Source of the DNA: an uncultured Candidatus Saccharibacteria bacterium
Lineage (GTDB): Bacteria; Patescibacteriota; Minisyncoccia; Phycocordibacterales; PALSA-1337
Reading direction: 5' to 3'
Assembly (NCBI GenBank): GCA_964470105.1
Contig: CAYXZI010000002.1
Location: forward strand, 8,644 to 72,643
DNA: 64,000 bases
Positions within the stretch are counted from its first letter, which is position 1, and each line of letters starts with the position of its first letter. Below the pieces are notes generated by a model. It searched no databases and was not told the origin of the DNA. It saw only the letters and a program-made list of their open reading frames with translations. Shown in pieces: positions 9,636 to 19,915 of the stretch. Made by a program: the position numbers and the translations under genes.

Positions 9636-11071
9636 TACTTCCTCATAAACAAAGGCTTCTCTGGCATTTTTCCTGACTTTATTCCCTGTTGTATCAATCT
9701 TGATGTCTCGGGCAATATCGGCTCTAAAGCGACAGCTATATGCCATATAGAAGCAAGACAGAATGAGATCTGTTGCTTACCTTTCACCTCATCAACCTTT
9801 ATTGTCTTGAATGGCTGGTTTTCCTGTATGTACCTATCTACTTCTTGAATCTTATTCCAAATATCATCACATACTTTATTTATCTCAAATGAATCGTAAT
9901 AATCATTATGCTTTTTTATATCAAGTGTCTGAGCAGACTTCTGATCTAGATCTACACCATTAGTCTCTGCCATCTTCATTACCCTACTCACCAGATTTCC
10001 AAGACCATTAGCAAGATGTGCATTATATGCATCCTTGAATCTCTCCATAGTAAAAGGACTGTCTTCGAAAGGCTGTACTTCTCGAAGAAGGAAATATCGC
10101 AAAGCATCAGTACCGTATTCGTTTACGACATCTAGTGGGTTTACAGTATTACCTAATGACTTACTCATCTTTATCCCTCCCTCTGCCGTTATGAAGCCGT
10201 TGACGACGATTTGGCGAGTATTAGGTAGTCCAGCTGCTATTAACATAGCTTGCCACATTGCACTCTGCTGACGGAGATTATCTTTACCACAGTATTGAAC
10301 TACGTTGTCTGCCCTAGTCCACCATTCATCAAAAGATTCTATATTCTCTGGCCATCCAATAGTTGAGATGTAATTTACCAATGCATCAAACCAAACATAC
10401 ATAACATGTTCATTATCATCAGGCACATCTACACCCCAAGGCATCTTACTTTTTAGACGAGATATACTGAAATCCTGTAATCCTCTCTCAACAAAGGCTT
10501 TTATTTCATTGAATCTAAAATCTGGCACAACTAGATATGGATTCTTTTTATATAGCTCAAGTAGTGGCTTTTGGAATTCAGAGAATTTGAAGAAATAGTT
10601 TTCTTCCTCTATCAAAAGAATATCCAGATTTTGGTGAATTATACATTTACCATTCTCAAGCTCAGTGTCTGTCTTCTCCAATTCGCAACCGGTACAGTAT
10701 TTAGTTTTATATAGCTTTTTATATATATAACCATTGTCCTTACATCTCTTCCAGAACTCTTGTGCTGCCTTTATATGATGTTTATCTGTAGTCCTTATGA
10801 AATGTATATCTGATATACCCAATATACCTTTTAATTCTTTGAACTTCTCTGCATAATGATCAACAAATGCTTGAGTCGATTCTCCCTGACTTAATGCTTT
10901 CTCATATATCTTTAGTCCATGCTCGTCAGTTCCAGTATTAAAGAATACGTCAAAGCCCTGTAGTCTTTTGGCACGAGCGATAGCATCAGCACGTATGATT
11001 TCCATAGCGAAGCCGACATGTGGATCTGAGTTTACATATGGGAGAGTTGTGGTTATGTAGTATTTTTTCAT
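9635..11071 (-). CDS. metG: Methionyl-tRNA synthetase, short form lacking the C-terminal tRNA-binding domain
   Basis: Class I HIGH-type motif PYVNSDPHVGFAM and KMSKSLGNTV. 478 aa. Confidence 0.93.
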   Translation of the reverse strand: MKKYYITTTLPYVNSDPHVGFAMEIIRADAIARAKRLQGFDVFFNTGTDEHGLKIYEKALSQGESTQAFVDHYAEKFKELKGILGISDIHFIRTTDKHHIKAAQEFWKRCKDNGYIYKKLYKTKYCTGCELEKTDTELENGKCIIHQNLDILLIEEENYFFKFSEFQKPLLELYKKNPYLVVPDFRFNEIKAFVERGLQDFSISRLKSKMPWGVDVPDDNEHVMYVWFDALVNYISTIGWPENIESFDEWWTRADNVVQYCGKDNLRQQSAMWQAMLIAAGLPNTRQIVVNGFITAEGGIKMSKSLGNTVNPLDVVNEYGTDALRYFLLREVQPFEDSPFTMERFKDAYNAHLANGLGNLVSRVMKMAETNGVDLDQKSAQTLDIKKHNDYYDSFEINKVCDDIWNKIQEVDRYIQENQPFKTIKVDEVKGKQQISFCLASIWHIAVALEPILPETSRLIQQGIKSGKMPEKPLFMRK

Positions 11072-12339
11072 TTTAATGTAAGGAGTTTTTGGAATCGCTC
11101 ACTATCCTTGTATGGACCAATTATAGCTAGATTTAGCTTTTCTTCAACAAAGATGAGCTTGGCAACCTCTTTTATATCTTCTACAGTTACCTTTCTAATC
11201 TTATCTATTTCTTCTTGTGGAAGCTCTATTTTACCCTTCAGTATCTGATTAATAGCTGAATATTCTGCCCTAGAATCAGAAGTCTCAAGACCAAGTACGA
11301 ATGAACCAGAGATATAGTCTTTAACCTTATTTAACTCCTCCTCTGTTATCTCTTCAGTTATTATCTTTTTACATTCATGAAGTAGTGTCTTTATAACTTC
11401 ATCTATTCTACTAGTATCTATTCCAGTTGATATGGTGAATAGACCATGATCAGTATATGTATCATGATTGGCACGTATATAATATCCAACCCCCATTTCT
11501 TCACGAAGTTTCTGGAAGAGCCTAGAACTCATACCTCCGCCTAATAATGTTGAGAGTACCGATAGACTAGCATCATATTTACTATTAGCATCAAATGATC
11601 TGAAACCTAGTACTAGATGTGCTTGATCTGTCTCTTTGAATTTCAATAGTATTTCTGGCTTTTTCTGTTCTTCTTTTACTTTTACCTTTTTGTGTTTACT
11701 TGATGTTCGAATCTTGGAGAAAGCCTTCTCAATTTTCTTTATTATATCTGCCTCATTAAATGATCCGGATACTACAACAGTAGTTGCTTCAGCAACATAA
11801 TGTTCACTTATATACTTTGCAAAGTCCTCTCTCTTAAAACTCCTTACCGTATCTTCTGTACCAGCTATATTCCATCCTGCAGGTTGATCACCATATACAA
11901 GACTCATAAAAACATCATGTACATGTCTATGTGGTAGATCTTGATACATTCTTATCTCTTCTACTATAACCCCTTTCTCCTTTTCTATTTCCTTCTCATT
12001 TAAAAGTGGGTTGAGATATACATCAGATACTACATCTAGCGCATTATCTACTTTCTCTTTACTTACTTTCGCATAGTATCCTGTATATTCTTGCCCTGTG
12101 AATGCATTGTATTGAGCACCAAGAGAATCTAGTTCTCTAGATATATCCATAGCAGTAGGACGTTTAGATGTACCTTTAAACATCATATGTTCAAGGAAAT
12201 GTGACAGCCCATTTATCTCCTTTGTTTCATACTTTGAACCAGTTTCTACCATAACTAAAACAGTTACGGCAGGATTGTCTTCCATTGGAATTGTTATGAT
12301 TTTAAGACCATTAGCTAGAGTGGTTTTATTGAATTTCAT
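11068..12339 (-). CDS. M16-family (pitrilysin/insulinase-like) zinc peptidase
   Basis: Inverted zinc motif HFLEHMMFKGT (HxxEH). Confidence 0.85.
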   Translation of the reverse strand: MKFNKTTLANGLKIITIPMEDNPAVTVLVMVETGSKYETKEINGLSHFLEHMMFKGTSKRPTAMDISRELDSLGAQYNAFTGQEYTGYYAKVSKEKVDNALDVVSDVYLNPLLNEKEIEKEKGVIVEEIRMYQDLPHRHVHDVFMSLVYGDQPAGWNIAGTEDTVRSFKREDFAKYISEHYVAEATTVVVSGSFNEADIIKKIEKAFSKIRTSSKHKKVKVKEEQKKPEILLKFKETDQAHLVLGFRSFDANSKYDASLSVLSTLLGGGMSSRLFQKLREEMGVGYYIRANHDTYTDHGLFTISTGIDTSRIDEVIKTLLHECKKIITEEITEEELNKVKDYISGSFVLGLETSDSRAEYSAINQILKGKIELPQEEIDKIRKVTVEDIKEVAKLIFVEEKLNLAIIGPYKDSERFQKLLTLK

Positions 12340-12356
12340 ATTTAATTATACAGACA

Positions 12357-13667
12357 TTATTTAATATCTAGATACTTTGTCAACTCCTCTATCTTTACCC
12401 TCTCCTGCTTTCCTGTATCTCTATTTCTCACAGTTACTCCAGCATCTTTTTCTATAGTATCAAAATCTATTGTCACACAATATGGTGTACCTATTTCATC
12501 CTGTCGGCGATATCTTTTTCCTATATTTCCATTGTCATCAAATACCACACCTGAAATATTCTTCTTTAACATCTTATAAACTTCTTGAGCCTTCTCAACC
12601 AAGACTGGTTTGTTCTTCAATAGTGGAAAAACAGCAACCTTCACTGGTGCCACCTTAGGTGAGAACTTCATATATACTCTCTTCTCTCCATCAATTTCAT
12701 CTTCTGTATATGCATCTGAAAGTACAGCAAGTACTGTTCTCTCAACTCCAAACGATGGTTCTATGCAGTGAGGAATATATCTCTCCTTTGTTTCTTCATC
12801 GTAGTATGACAAATCAACTTTGCTTGCTTCTGCATGAGCTTTCAAATCAAAATCAGTTCTGTATGCAAGACCATATAATTCCTTTTTACCAAATGGGAAA
12901 TCAAATTCAAAATCAATTGTTCGCTTTGAATAGTGGGCACGGTCACCGTCTGGTATCTCGAGCTCATGTACATGGCTCTTATCTAATCCGATATCATTTG
13001 TGAATGCATGAATTTCTTTTACAAAACTTTCAAAAGTCTGCTTCCATTCTGTTGGTTTTACGAAATATTCTATTTCCATTTGCTCAAATTCGCGAGAACG
13101 GAATACAAAATCACGTGGAGCAATTTCATTTCTAAATGCTTTACCTATCTGAGCAAGACCAAATGGTAGTGTAGGGTGGATACTGTCTAGTACATTTTTG
13201 AAGTTTACAAACATTCCTTGTGCTGTTTCAGGTCGAAGATATGTGATGGATTCATCACTCTCTATTGGACCAGCATTAGTCTTAAACATCATATTAAATT
13301 GTCTTGCTTCACCTAGTTCCCCACCACAATCTGGACATTTCTTTGGATTTTCTAGTTGATCAGTACGGAAACGATGCTTACACTTTTTACATTCAGATAA
13401 CGGATCAGAGAAACCGGCAACATGTCCGCTCGCCTTCCAGACATTCTGATTCATAAGTATTGCAGCATCTACTCCATACATATCGTCGCGATCTTCAACA
13501 AAACGCTTCCACCACAACTGCTTGATATTATTCTTCAATTGCAAACCATAGTGAGCAAAATCCCATGTACCAGCCAATCCTCCGTAAATCTCTGAACCTT
13601 GAAAAACAAATCCTCTTCTTTTACAGAGTGATATAATTTTTTCCATCTTTGTTTCTTCTTTTGCCAT
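12357..13667 (-). CDS. glyQS: Glycyl-tRNA synthetase, alpha2 class II type
   Basis: The N-terminus RRGFVFQGSEIYGGLAGTWDFAHYG and a class II core are typical of GlyRS (glyS). Confidence 0.9.
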   Translation of the reverse strand: MAKEETKMEKIISLCKRRGFVFQGSEIYGGLAGTWDFAHYGLQLKNNIKQLWWKRFVEDRDDMYGVDAAILMNQNVWKASGHVAGFSDPLSECKKCKHRFRTDQLENPKKCPDCGGELGEARQFNMMFKTNAGPIESDESITYLRPETAQGMFVNFKNVLDSIHPTLPFGLAQIGKAFRNEIAPRDFVFRSREFEQMEIEYFVKPTEWKQTFESFVKEIHAFTNDIGLDKSHVHELEIPDGDRAHYSKRTIDFEFDFPFGKKELYGLAYRTDFDLKAHAEASKVDLSYYDEETKERYIPHCIEPSFGVERTVLAVLSDAYTEDEIDGEKRVYMKFSPKVAPVKVAVFPLLKNKPVLVEKAQEVYKMLKKNISGVVFDDNGNIGKRYRRQDEIGTPYCVTIDFDTIEKDAGVTVRNRDTGKQERVKIEELTKYLDIK

Positions 13668-13671
13668 ATAT

Positions 13672-15612
13672 TTATTGTCCTACTTTATCATCTCCATCCT
13701 TATATTGAGGATCAGTACTAAATCTTGTTGTTAGTGTCCCTAGATTACTCTTTAATTCTTCACCTGTAAAGTCATCGATTGCAGTAATTACAGACTGATC
13801 TAGTATTGCTGGACTATCATTTACCTGATTTATACTTGGTGTTAAAGATACTTGGAATGCTACCTGCCTTCTCTTTGAGCTACCTGCTGTATATGTTGAG
13901 AGGCTACCGACATTCCATACTATCTGACCATGAACACTGTCGTAACTTACATCCTCACCTGCAGGACTAATCTTCCCTAACCATTTTACATATGGTGGTA
14001 ATCCAGACTGAACAACTACATTACTTACAGCATTTGCTCCATTATCAACAGTCCACAATATTGTATATGTTGTTTGTTGCTCAGACTTTGGAGGTATTGG
14101 GCCTGTATTTGTAAATGGTCCTGTTGACCTCAGTACCTGACCTCCTAATGCAATATTAGAAGATATTCTGACTTCTTTCTGTACAGTCGAAGCTATGCTT
14201 TCTGGGACATTACCCTCTGAATTTCTTTTACCCTTTATACTTATATCGAATTTTAAATTTGGATTTGTTATTGCTTTTATAGTTGTACTCTGATCACGTG
14301 GAGTTATTGTAAAACTTACCTTACCACTTCCACCAGCCTCAATACTATTCAAATCATTTGTAGTGATGCTATTCCACACAATTTCATTATCAGCAGACTT
14401 ATATAGCCCATCATCAGGAGAAACTGATGACTTATCAAGCGCTGTACCAGAGAGCTTTACATGCACCTCAGCATCGATAATTGAGGTTGGTAGATTATTG
14501 TAATATGAAATATCTACTTTTACAGGATTATTAAATGAAGCAATATATCCTTGATCACTGGAATCACCATTCAGTGCAACATCAACAGACATAAACGGTT
14601 TCCTTATAGATATCTCTTGTGTGCCAGTTATATATTCTGTACCTATGAGTTTATCGTTACCCAGCCTACCAGCACCTGCTGTAAATCTGAATACTCTTTT
14701 TTCATCATCTTGTCCTTCAAGCTTTCCCTTTATCTTTACAACCTTCTTACCACCAGGTGGCATATCACCAATCTTCCAAACGGAATTATCAGTAGTAATT
14801 GGTTTCATATCTGAAGATATATATGTGAATCCAAAAGGATATACGGCTTTTAGCACAAGATTCTTAATTACCTCTTTTGAATTTGAATTCATGGTTACCA
14901 ACATCTCAAACTCCTGACCTGAATTTACTTCTTTAAAAGATGATGCTGTTAGAGTTAATGGTGATGAAGAGATGAGAACATCAAATGTCTTTTCTTTAAC
15001 AGAAACAGCATTTGATCCTTGTACTCTGTACTCCACAGTGACCTTTATTTCCCTCTTACTATTCTCCTCACCATACAATATGGCTTTAATTGTCTTTTGC
15101 CCTACCCCACCAGGAACAATATCTGGTATTAGTTCTCTGGTATTTTTTAACTCTCTAAGACCATCACTCGGGTCTGTGGTACCTACTGGAAAGTCCACTG
15201 ACATATCTACTGTCTGAAGTTTAATATTATTATGATTTTTAACTTGTACCTCAAAGGATACAGGTTCTCCACCTGCCACAGAAATTGGACCATTGATAGT
15301 TATATCAACATTGTTAGTAGAAACTATATTTGATCCGTTAAATACTAGGTATGCACCAATACCTAAGGCTACGAGAAAGAAGATGAATGAGGTGAATAGT
15401 ATTTTTGTAAAGAATGACATAGATCTATCTTTAAATTTAGTATTTAATTTAACTTCAGGTTCTGGACTTTCTGACTCATGCTCCCAATCTGTATTAACAT
15501 CTGCTTCTTGTCCATGGAAACGTAACCTTCTTTTTGTTTTTATATCTGGAGCATTTCTAGAATATAGGGTGTTATTGAGCTCTTCGATCTTATTTTGATC
15601 CTCTCCGTTCAT
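13672..15612 (-). CDS. Large membrane-anchored extracytoplasmic protein with repeated Ig/CARDB-like beta domains
   Basis: 646 aa. Short cytoplasmic N-terminus, one transmembrane helix (FFTKILFTSFIFFLVALGIGAYLVF), then repetitive beta-rich domains. No catalytic motif. Confidence 0.4.
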   Translation of the reverse strand: MNGEDQNKIEELNNTLYSRNAPDIKTKRRLRFHGQEADVNTDWEHESESPEPEVKLNTKFKDRSMSFFTKILFTSFIFFLVALGIGAYLVFNGSNIVSTNNVDITINGPISVAGGEPVSFEVQVKNHNNIKLQTVDMSVDFPVGTTDPSDGLRELKNTRELIPDIVPGGVGQKTIKAILYGEENSKREIKVTVEYRVQGSNAVSVKEKTFDVLISSSPLTLTASSFKEVNSGQEFEMLVTMNSNSKEVIKNLVLKAVYPFGFTYISSDMKPITTDNSVWKIGDMPPGGKKVVKIKGKLEGQDDEKRVFRFTAGAGRLGNDKLIGTEYITGTQEISIRKPFMSVDVALNGDSSDQGYIASFNNPVKVDISYYNNLPTSIIDAEVHVKLSGTALDKSSVSPDDGLYKSADNEIVWNSITTNDLNSIEAGGSGKVSFTITPRDQSTTIKAITNPNLKFDISIKGKRNSEGNVPESIASTVQKEVRISSNIALGGQVLRSTGPFTNTGPIPPKSEQQTTYTILWTVDNGANAVSNVVVQSGLPPYVKWLGKISPAGEDVSYDSVHGQIVWNVGSLSTYTAGSSKRRQVAFQVSLTPSINQVNDSPAILDQSVITAIDDFTGEELKSNLGTLTTRFSTDPQYKDGDDKVGQ

Positions 15613-15634
15613 ACGTGTAATTATATCATATATA

Positions 15635-16189
15635 CTACAACTGACTCTCTTTAAGGGCTGAGTTTACAATATTTAATACTTTAGACTTAATACCAGCAAA
15701 ACTAGCTAATGTTTCCAATGTGAGAGAGTTATCTTTTAGATACGTATCTATTTCAGTATTTCCTTTAATATATCCCAATGAATCCAGTATTCTTAGTATA
15801 GTTATACACTCAACAAGACCATAGTCTTTCTCTTCTATATTTGATTGATACATTGATTCTATAATTTCAAACAATCTTTCATTCTTGTCTTCACCTTGTA
15901 AAAGACGTTTAAGTAATTTAAGGATCTTGAGGTGTAATATCGTCCCTCCATGATTTTCAATCTCATGCGCTCCAGTTAATCTCCAAACCTCCTTTCCTCT
16001 TACAATTGACACATTAGAGAAACTTGAATCTTGGATATGATATCTTAACTTTGATTGATTAAGACGTATCCCTTGCGCAACCACCCCTATCATACCGAAA
16101 TCACGGGTGAATAGCAGAAGAAATTTGCCAGCCTCGCCATGTGGACTACTATGTACTACGAAAGCAGGAGTGGTGTAGATATGGTGCAT
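15635..16189 (-). CDS. recO: RecO-like DNA repair protein, short
   Basis: An N-terminal OB-fold pattern AFVVHSSPHGEAGKFLLLFTRDFGMIGVVAQGIRLNQSKLR resembles RecO. 184 aa, shorter than the canonical length. Confidence 0.5.
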   Translation of the reverse strand: MHHIYTTPAFVVHSSPHGEAGKFLLLFTRDFGMIGVVAQGIRLNQSKLRYHIQDSSFSNVSIVRGKEVWRLTGAHEIENHGGTILHLKILKLLKRLLQGEDKNERLFEIIESMYQSNIEEKDYGLVECITILRILDSLGYIKGNTEIDTYLKDNSLTLETLASFAGIKSKVLNIVNSALKESQL

Positions 16190-16191
16190 TA

Positions 16192-19100
16192 CTACTTTTC
16201 TATATCAAGTTTAATACTGTACTCGGCTATATTTATAGCTATATTTCCTAATTCTTTGAAAATTATACCTTTTAGAAGAGTTGAGCTAACTATCAAATCT
16301 TTATTCTTCTCAACTAGACTGGAGAAGTTTTTATCTGAATCAATAACCAGAGTTACCCTATCGTTTATCGTCAGTCCCTTTTCTTTTCTTAATTCCTGAA
16401 TTGATCGTATTAATTCTCGTACAATACCCTCCTCTTTTAATTCTGGAGTTATATTCGTATCAAGCATAACTTCACTACCCAATGTCTCATCATGTACCAC
16501 CTCTTTTACATTTACTTCATCTTTAATGATATCTACTAGTGATACAGGAAATTTTTCTTTTACATAGAGCTTTGAAAGAGGTTGGCGTACTATTATTTTT
16601 GCTTTTGTACGTGCTTCCAGAGCCAGTGAAGCTATCTGTCTTATCTGTGTCATATTCTTCAATATCCTTCCATCAACTTTTGATGATCTTGGCCACGCTT
16701 CTAGATGCACACTCTCAAGTGGTCCTTTTAATCTCTGATATATATCTTCTGCTATAAATGGCATGAAGGGAGCTAGAAGTTTTGTGAAATCTATTAATAC
16801 ATTTCTTGTAGTTGAAAGTACAGCCGCCCTATCTGATTCACTCTTGAAACGATCTCGTGATCTACGTATATACCAGGTTGATAGGTCATCGATAAAATCA
16901 GCTATTGGTCTAGTTGCTTTATCGATCTGAAACTTATCCAAAGATTCGGTAATTTCTTTTATTAATTCCTTTAATCTGGTATTAATCCATATATCTAGAT
17001 GATTCTCACTCTTAATATTAGGTATATTGTCTTTTGCATACATCTCATAGAATGAGACTACATTATTTAATCTACCTATATGTTTTTTAACCACCTCATC
17101 TACTGCTCTTTCAGAAAAAGCGAGATCTTGTGAGTGTACAACAGGTGAAGACATCAAAACATAACGTAGGGCATCAGCACCATATTTATCAACAACAATC
17201 ATTAGATCAGGATAGTTTTTTAATCTCTTTGACATCTTCTGTCCATCCTCTGCTAATACTGTTCCATTAACTACAACATTCTTATATGGTGATTTACCAA
17301 ACAAAGCTACGCCAAGAACAAGCATGGAATAGAACCAGCCACGAGTTTGATCTAGTCCTTCTGCGATAAAATCTGCCGGATATCCCTTTGTTCTTCCTAG
17401 GATCTTACTAAATGGTCCTGGTTTTGGATTAAAGTCACATTTATTAAAAGGATAGTGAGATTCACCAAAAGGCATAGCTCCGGATTCGAACCAGCAATCA
17501 AATACTTCGGGTATTCTCTTCATCTTATTACCCTTTTCTGAAACTAGCTCTATATCATCAATGAATGATCGATGTAGATCTAATTCATATTCCACGTTGT
17601 GTGGTAGAGGGTGGAAATCTAGTTTGCGTGGTTTGCCATTTTTATTAAAATGATCTGCATTACCACGAGCTTCTATTGCTTCTTTTCTATTCCATCCTTG
17701 AGTAACTGCATCAAGTAGAAATAGCGGTGTATCATGAGAGATGATTAGAATATTCTTACCAGAATATTTATGATCAATATCGTAGATGAAATCCCCCATT
17801 CTCTTCTTAATATCAACATAGTTCTCTCCTCCTTCAGGTCTCTTCTCGAAACGGTCTGCGTGAGCAAAGTTTTTTACATAGTCATTAAAGCTTTTATTGT
17901 TCCAGACACCTGCATTTATCTCATGAATCCTTTCATCAACAATTATTTTACTCTTATCAAGTCTTACTCTTGATGCGATTATCTCTGCTGTTTCTTTGGT
18001 TCTAACAAATGGTGAAGTGATTATCAAATCAATCTTTTTATCAAAAAGCCACTTACCTGCTTCTTCTGCCTGTTTCTTTCCATTTTCTGTTAAGTGATGT
18101 TGATTACTTGCAATTGAACTTACAATCATCTTTACATTATTCTCCGCCTCTCCATGTCTACAAACGTAGTATGTGTTATTAGCTTTACTGTATTTTTTTA
18201 AATCCTCTACTGAACCCAATACATGACACTCATCTGTATTCTCCTCTCTCCAAACTGGTAATGGTGCACCCCAGAAACGTGATCGTGATATTGCCCAATC
18301 ACGAGCTCCCGCCAACCAATTACCGAATCTTCCTTCTCCAACTTCCTCCGGTACCCATTTAACTTTACTATTCTCCTTTACTAGCTTATCTCTGAGTGAA
18401 GTTACTTTTACAAACCATGATGAAGAGGCGTAGTTGAGAAGTGGTGTATCACAACGCCAACAATGTGGATATGAATGTATTATTTTTTCTTTTGCAAAAA
18501 GAGTTCCTTTACCAGCTAGATATTTTATTACTTCTATATCTGATCTTTGATGTGCATCTTTATCTTCAGCCGTATCTTTTGGTTTTACGGCCTGTCCAGC
18601 AAAGTCAGTGACTTCTGGTTTAAACTTTCCGTTTGTATTTACGTGTTGGACGAAAGGTAGATTGTGCTTTAGAGATAGATCATAGTCATCAGAACCGAAA
18701 GCTGGAGCAATATGTACGATACCTGTTCCACTATCGTTAGTTACAAAATCTGCACCATACACCTTCCATCCATTTTCTCTATTCTTTAGCTTTTTATCAT
18801 TTATATAATAATTAAAAACAGGTTCATATGAAAGACCAATTAATTTACTTCCTTCTATTTCTTCTATAACCTTATACTCTGATTTTATAGTTGATAGTCT
18901 TGATTGAGCTAGAATGACTTTAGTATTCTCAACTTCTATCTTTACATATTTAAATGTTGGGTTTATAGCTAGAGCAACATTTCCTGGTAAAGTCCATGGC
19001 GTTGTAGTCCAAGCTAAAAAGAATGTATCTGGACTATCTTTTAATTTAAATTTAGCATAAACAGATATATCTGTAATATCTTTATATCCCTGACTCACTT

Positions 19101-19686
19101 CAAAGTTAGAAAGTGTTGTCTCACAACGAGGACAGAGATTCATTGATTTAAATCCTTCATATATAAGACCTTTTTTATGGAGCTCAGAAAATGCCCACCA
19201 TACTGACTCAGTATATGATGCATCCATTGTTCTATAGTCATCATCCATATCCACCCACCTTCCTAGTCTAGGTATTATCCTTCTCCAATCATGCGCATAA
19301 CGCATAACACTAGCTTGTGCAGCAGCATTAAACTTACCGATACCGTAGTCAGTAATATCTTTCTTTGAGGTTAGTTTTAACTCTTTTTCTATTAGATTCT
19401 CTACAGGCAAACCATGACAGTCCCAACCCCATCTTCTTCTTACCTTATACCCCCTCATTGTCTTATATCGAGGTATTACGTCCTTTACAGTTCCTGGAAC
19501 TACGTGACCATAATGTGGCTCACCTGTAGCAAAAGGAGGTCCATCGTAGAATACATAATCACCCTTTGGTGAAGGTTTCTCTAGAGTTTTCTTGAAAATA
19601 CCCTTCTTTTCCCAGAATTCTAGTATTTTCTCCTCTGTTTCTACGGTTTTACCTTTAGTTGGTTTTTCTATGTTTTCTGCTGACAT
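16192..19686 (-). CDS. ileS: Isoleucyl-tRNA synthetase, type 2 (eukaryote-like), carrying an inserted histidine-phosphatase domain
   Basis: YDGPPFATGEPHYGH...WGWDCHGLPVE and KMSKRLKNYPD are type-2 IleRS signatures, and a CP1 editing region is present. It is 1164 aa, and residues about 506-702 form a PGM/histidine-phosphatase-like insert (see findings). Confidence 0.95.
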   Translation of the reverse strand: MSAENIEKPTKGKTVETEEKILEFWEKKGIFKKTLEKPSPKGDYVFYDGPPFATGEPHYGHVVPGTVKDVIPRYKTMRGYKVRRRWGWDCHGLPVENLIEKELKLTSKKDITDYGIGKFNAAAQASVMRYAHDWRRIIPRLGRWVDMDDDYRTMDASYTESVWWAFSELHKKGLIYEGFKSMNLCPRCETTLSNFEVSQGYKDITDISVYAKFKLKDSPDTFFLAWTTTPWTLPGNVALAINPTFKYVKIEVENTKVILAQSRLSTIKSEYKVIEEIEGSKLIGLSYEPVFNYYINDKKLKNRENGWKVYGADFVTNDSGTGIVHIAPAFGSDDYDLSLKHNLPFVQHVNTNGKFKPEVTDFAGQAVKPKDTAEDKDAHQRSDIEVIKYLAGKGTLFAKEKIIHSYPHCWRCDTPLLNYASSSWFVKVTSLRDKLVKENSKVKWVPEEVGEGRFGNWLAGARDWAISRSRFWGAPLPVWREENTDECHVLGSVEDLKKYSKANNTYYVCRHGEAENNVKMIVSSIASNQHHLTENGKKQAEEAGKWLFDKKIDLIITSPFVRTKETAEIIASRVRLDKSKIIVDERIHEINAGVWNNKSFNDYVKNFAHADRFEKRPEGGENYVDIKKRMGDFIYDIDHKYSGKNILIISHDTPLFLLDAVTQGWNRKEAIEARGNADHFNKNGKPRKLDFHPLPHNVEYELDLHRSFIDDIELVSEKGNKMKRIPEVFDCWFESGAMPFGESHYPFNKCDFNPKPGPFSKILGRTKGYPADFIAEGLDQTRGWFYSMLVLGVALFGKSPYKNVVVNGTVLAEDGQKMSKRLKNYPDLMIVVDKYGADALRYVLMSSPVVHSQDLAFSERAVDEVVKKHIGRLNNVVSFYEMYAKDNIPNIKSENHLDIWINTRLKELIKEITESLDKFQIDKATRPIADFIDDLSTWYIRRSRDRFKSESDRAAVLSTTRNVLIDFTKLLAPFMPFIAEDIYQRLKGPLESVHLEAWPRSSKVDGRILKNMTQIRQIASLALEARTKAKIIVRQPLSKLYVKEKFPVSLVDIIKDEVNVKEVVHDETLGSEVMLDTNITPELKEEGIVRELIRSIQELRKEKGLTINDRVTLVIDSDKNFSSLVEKNKDLIVSSTLLKGIIFKELGNIAINIAEYSIKLDIEK

Positions 19687-19915
19687 AGAGCTATTTTAGC
19701 ACTTTTTAGCAAAAAAACTATCTGAGAAGCTTATCAGTTTGTTGGCACTAACAAATTGATATCGCCACTAAAATAAATTGACCATTTTGTTAGTGCTAAA
19801 AATGGTTTTTATCTTTTTAATGGCTAATTTACATCAATTTGCCAGCATCGGAAAATTGATCCGCTATTTAAATACTGGTACGACTAACACAAAACTGCAA
19901 GTTTGTTTTATATCC

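Noticed and set aside
12470-13003. ORFs 12470..12658 and 12659..13003 (+)
   Set aside because: Antisense to glyQS. His- and Leu-rich low-complexity translations.
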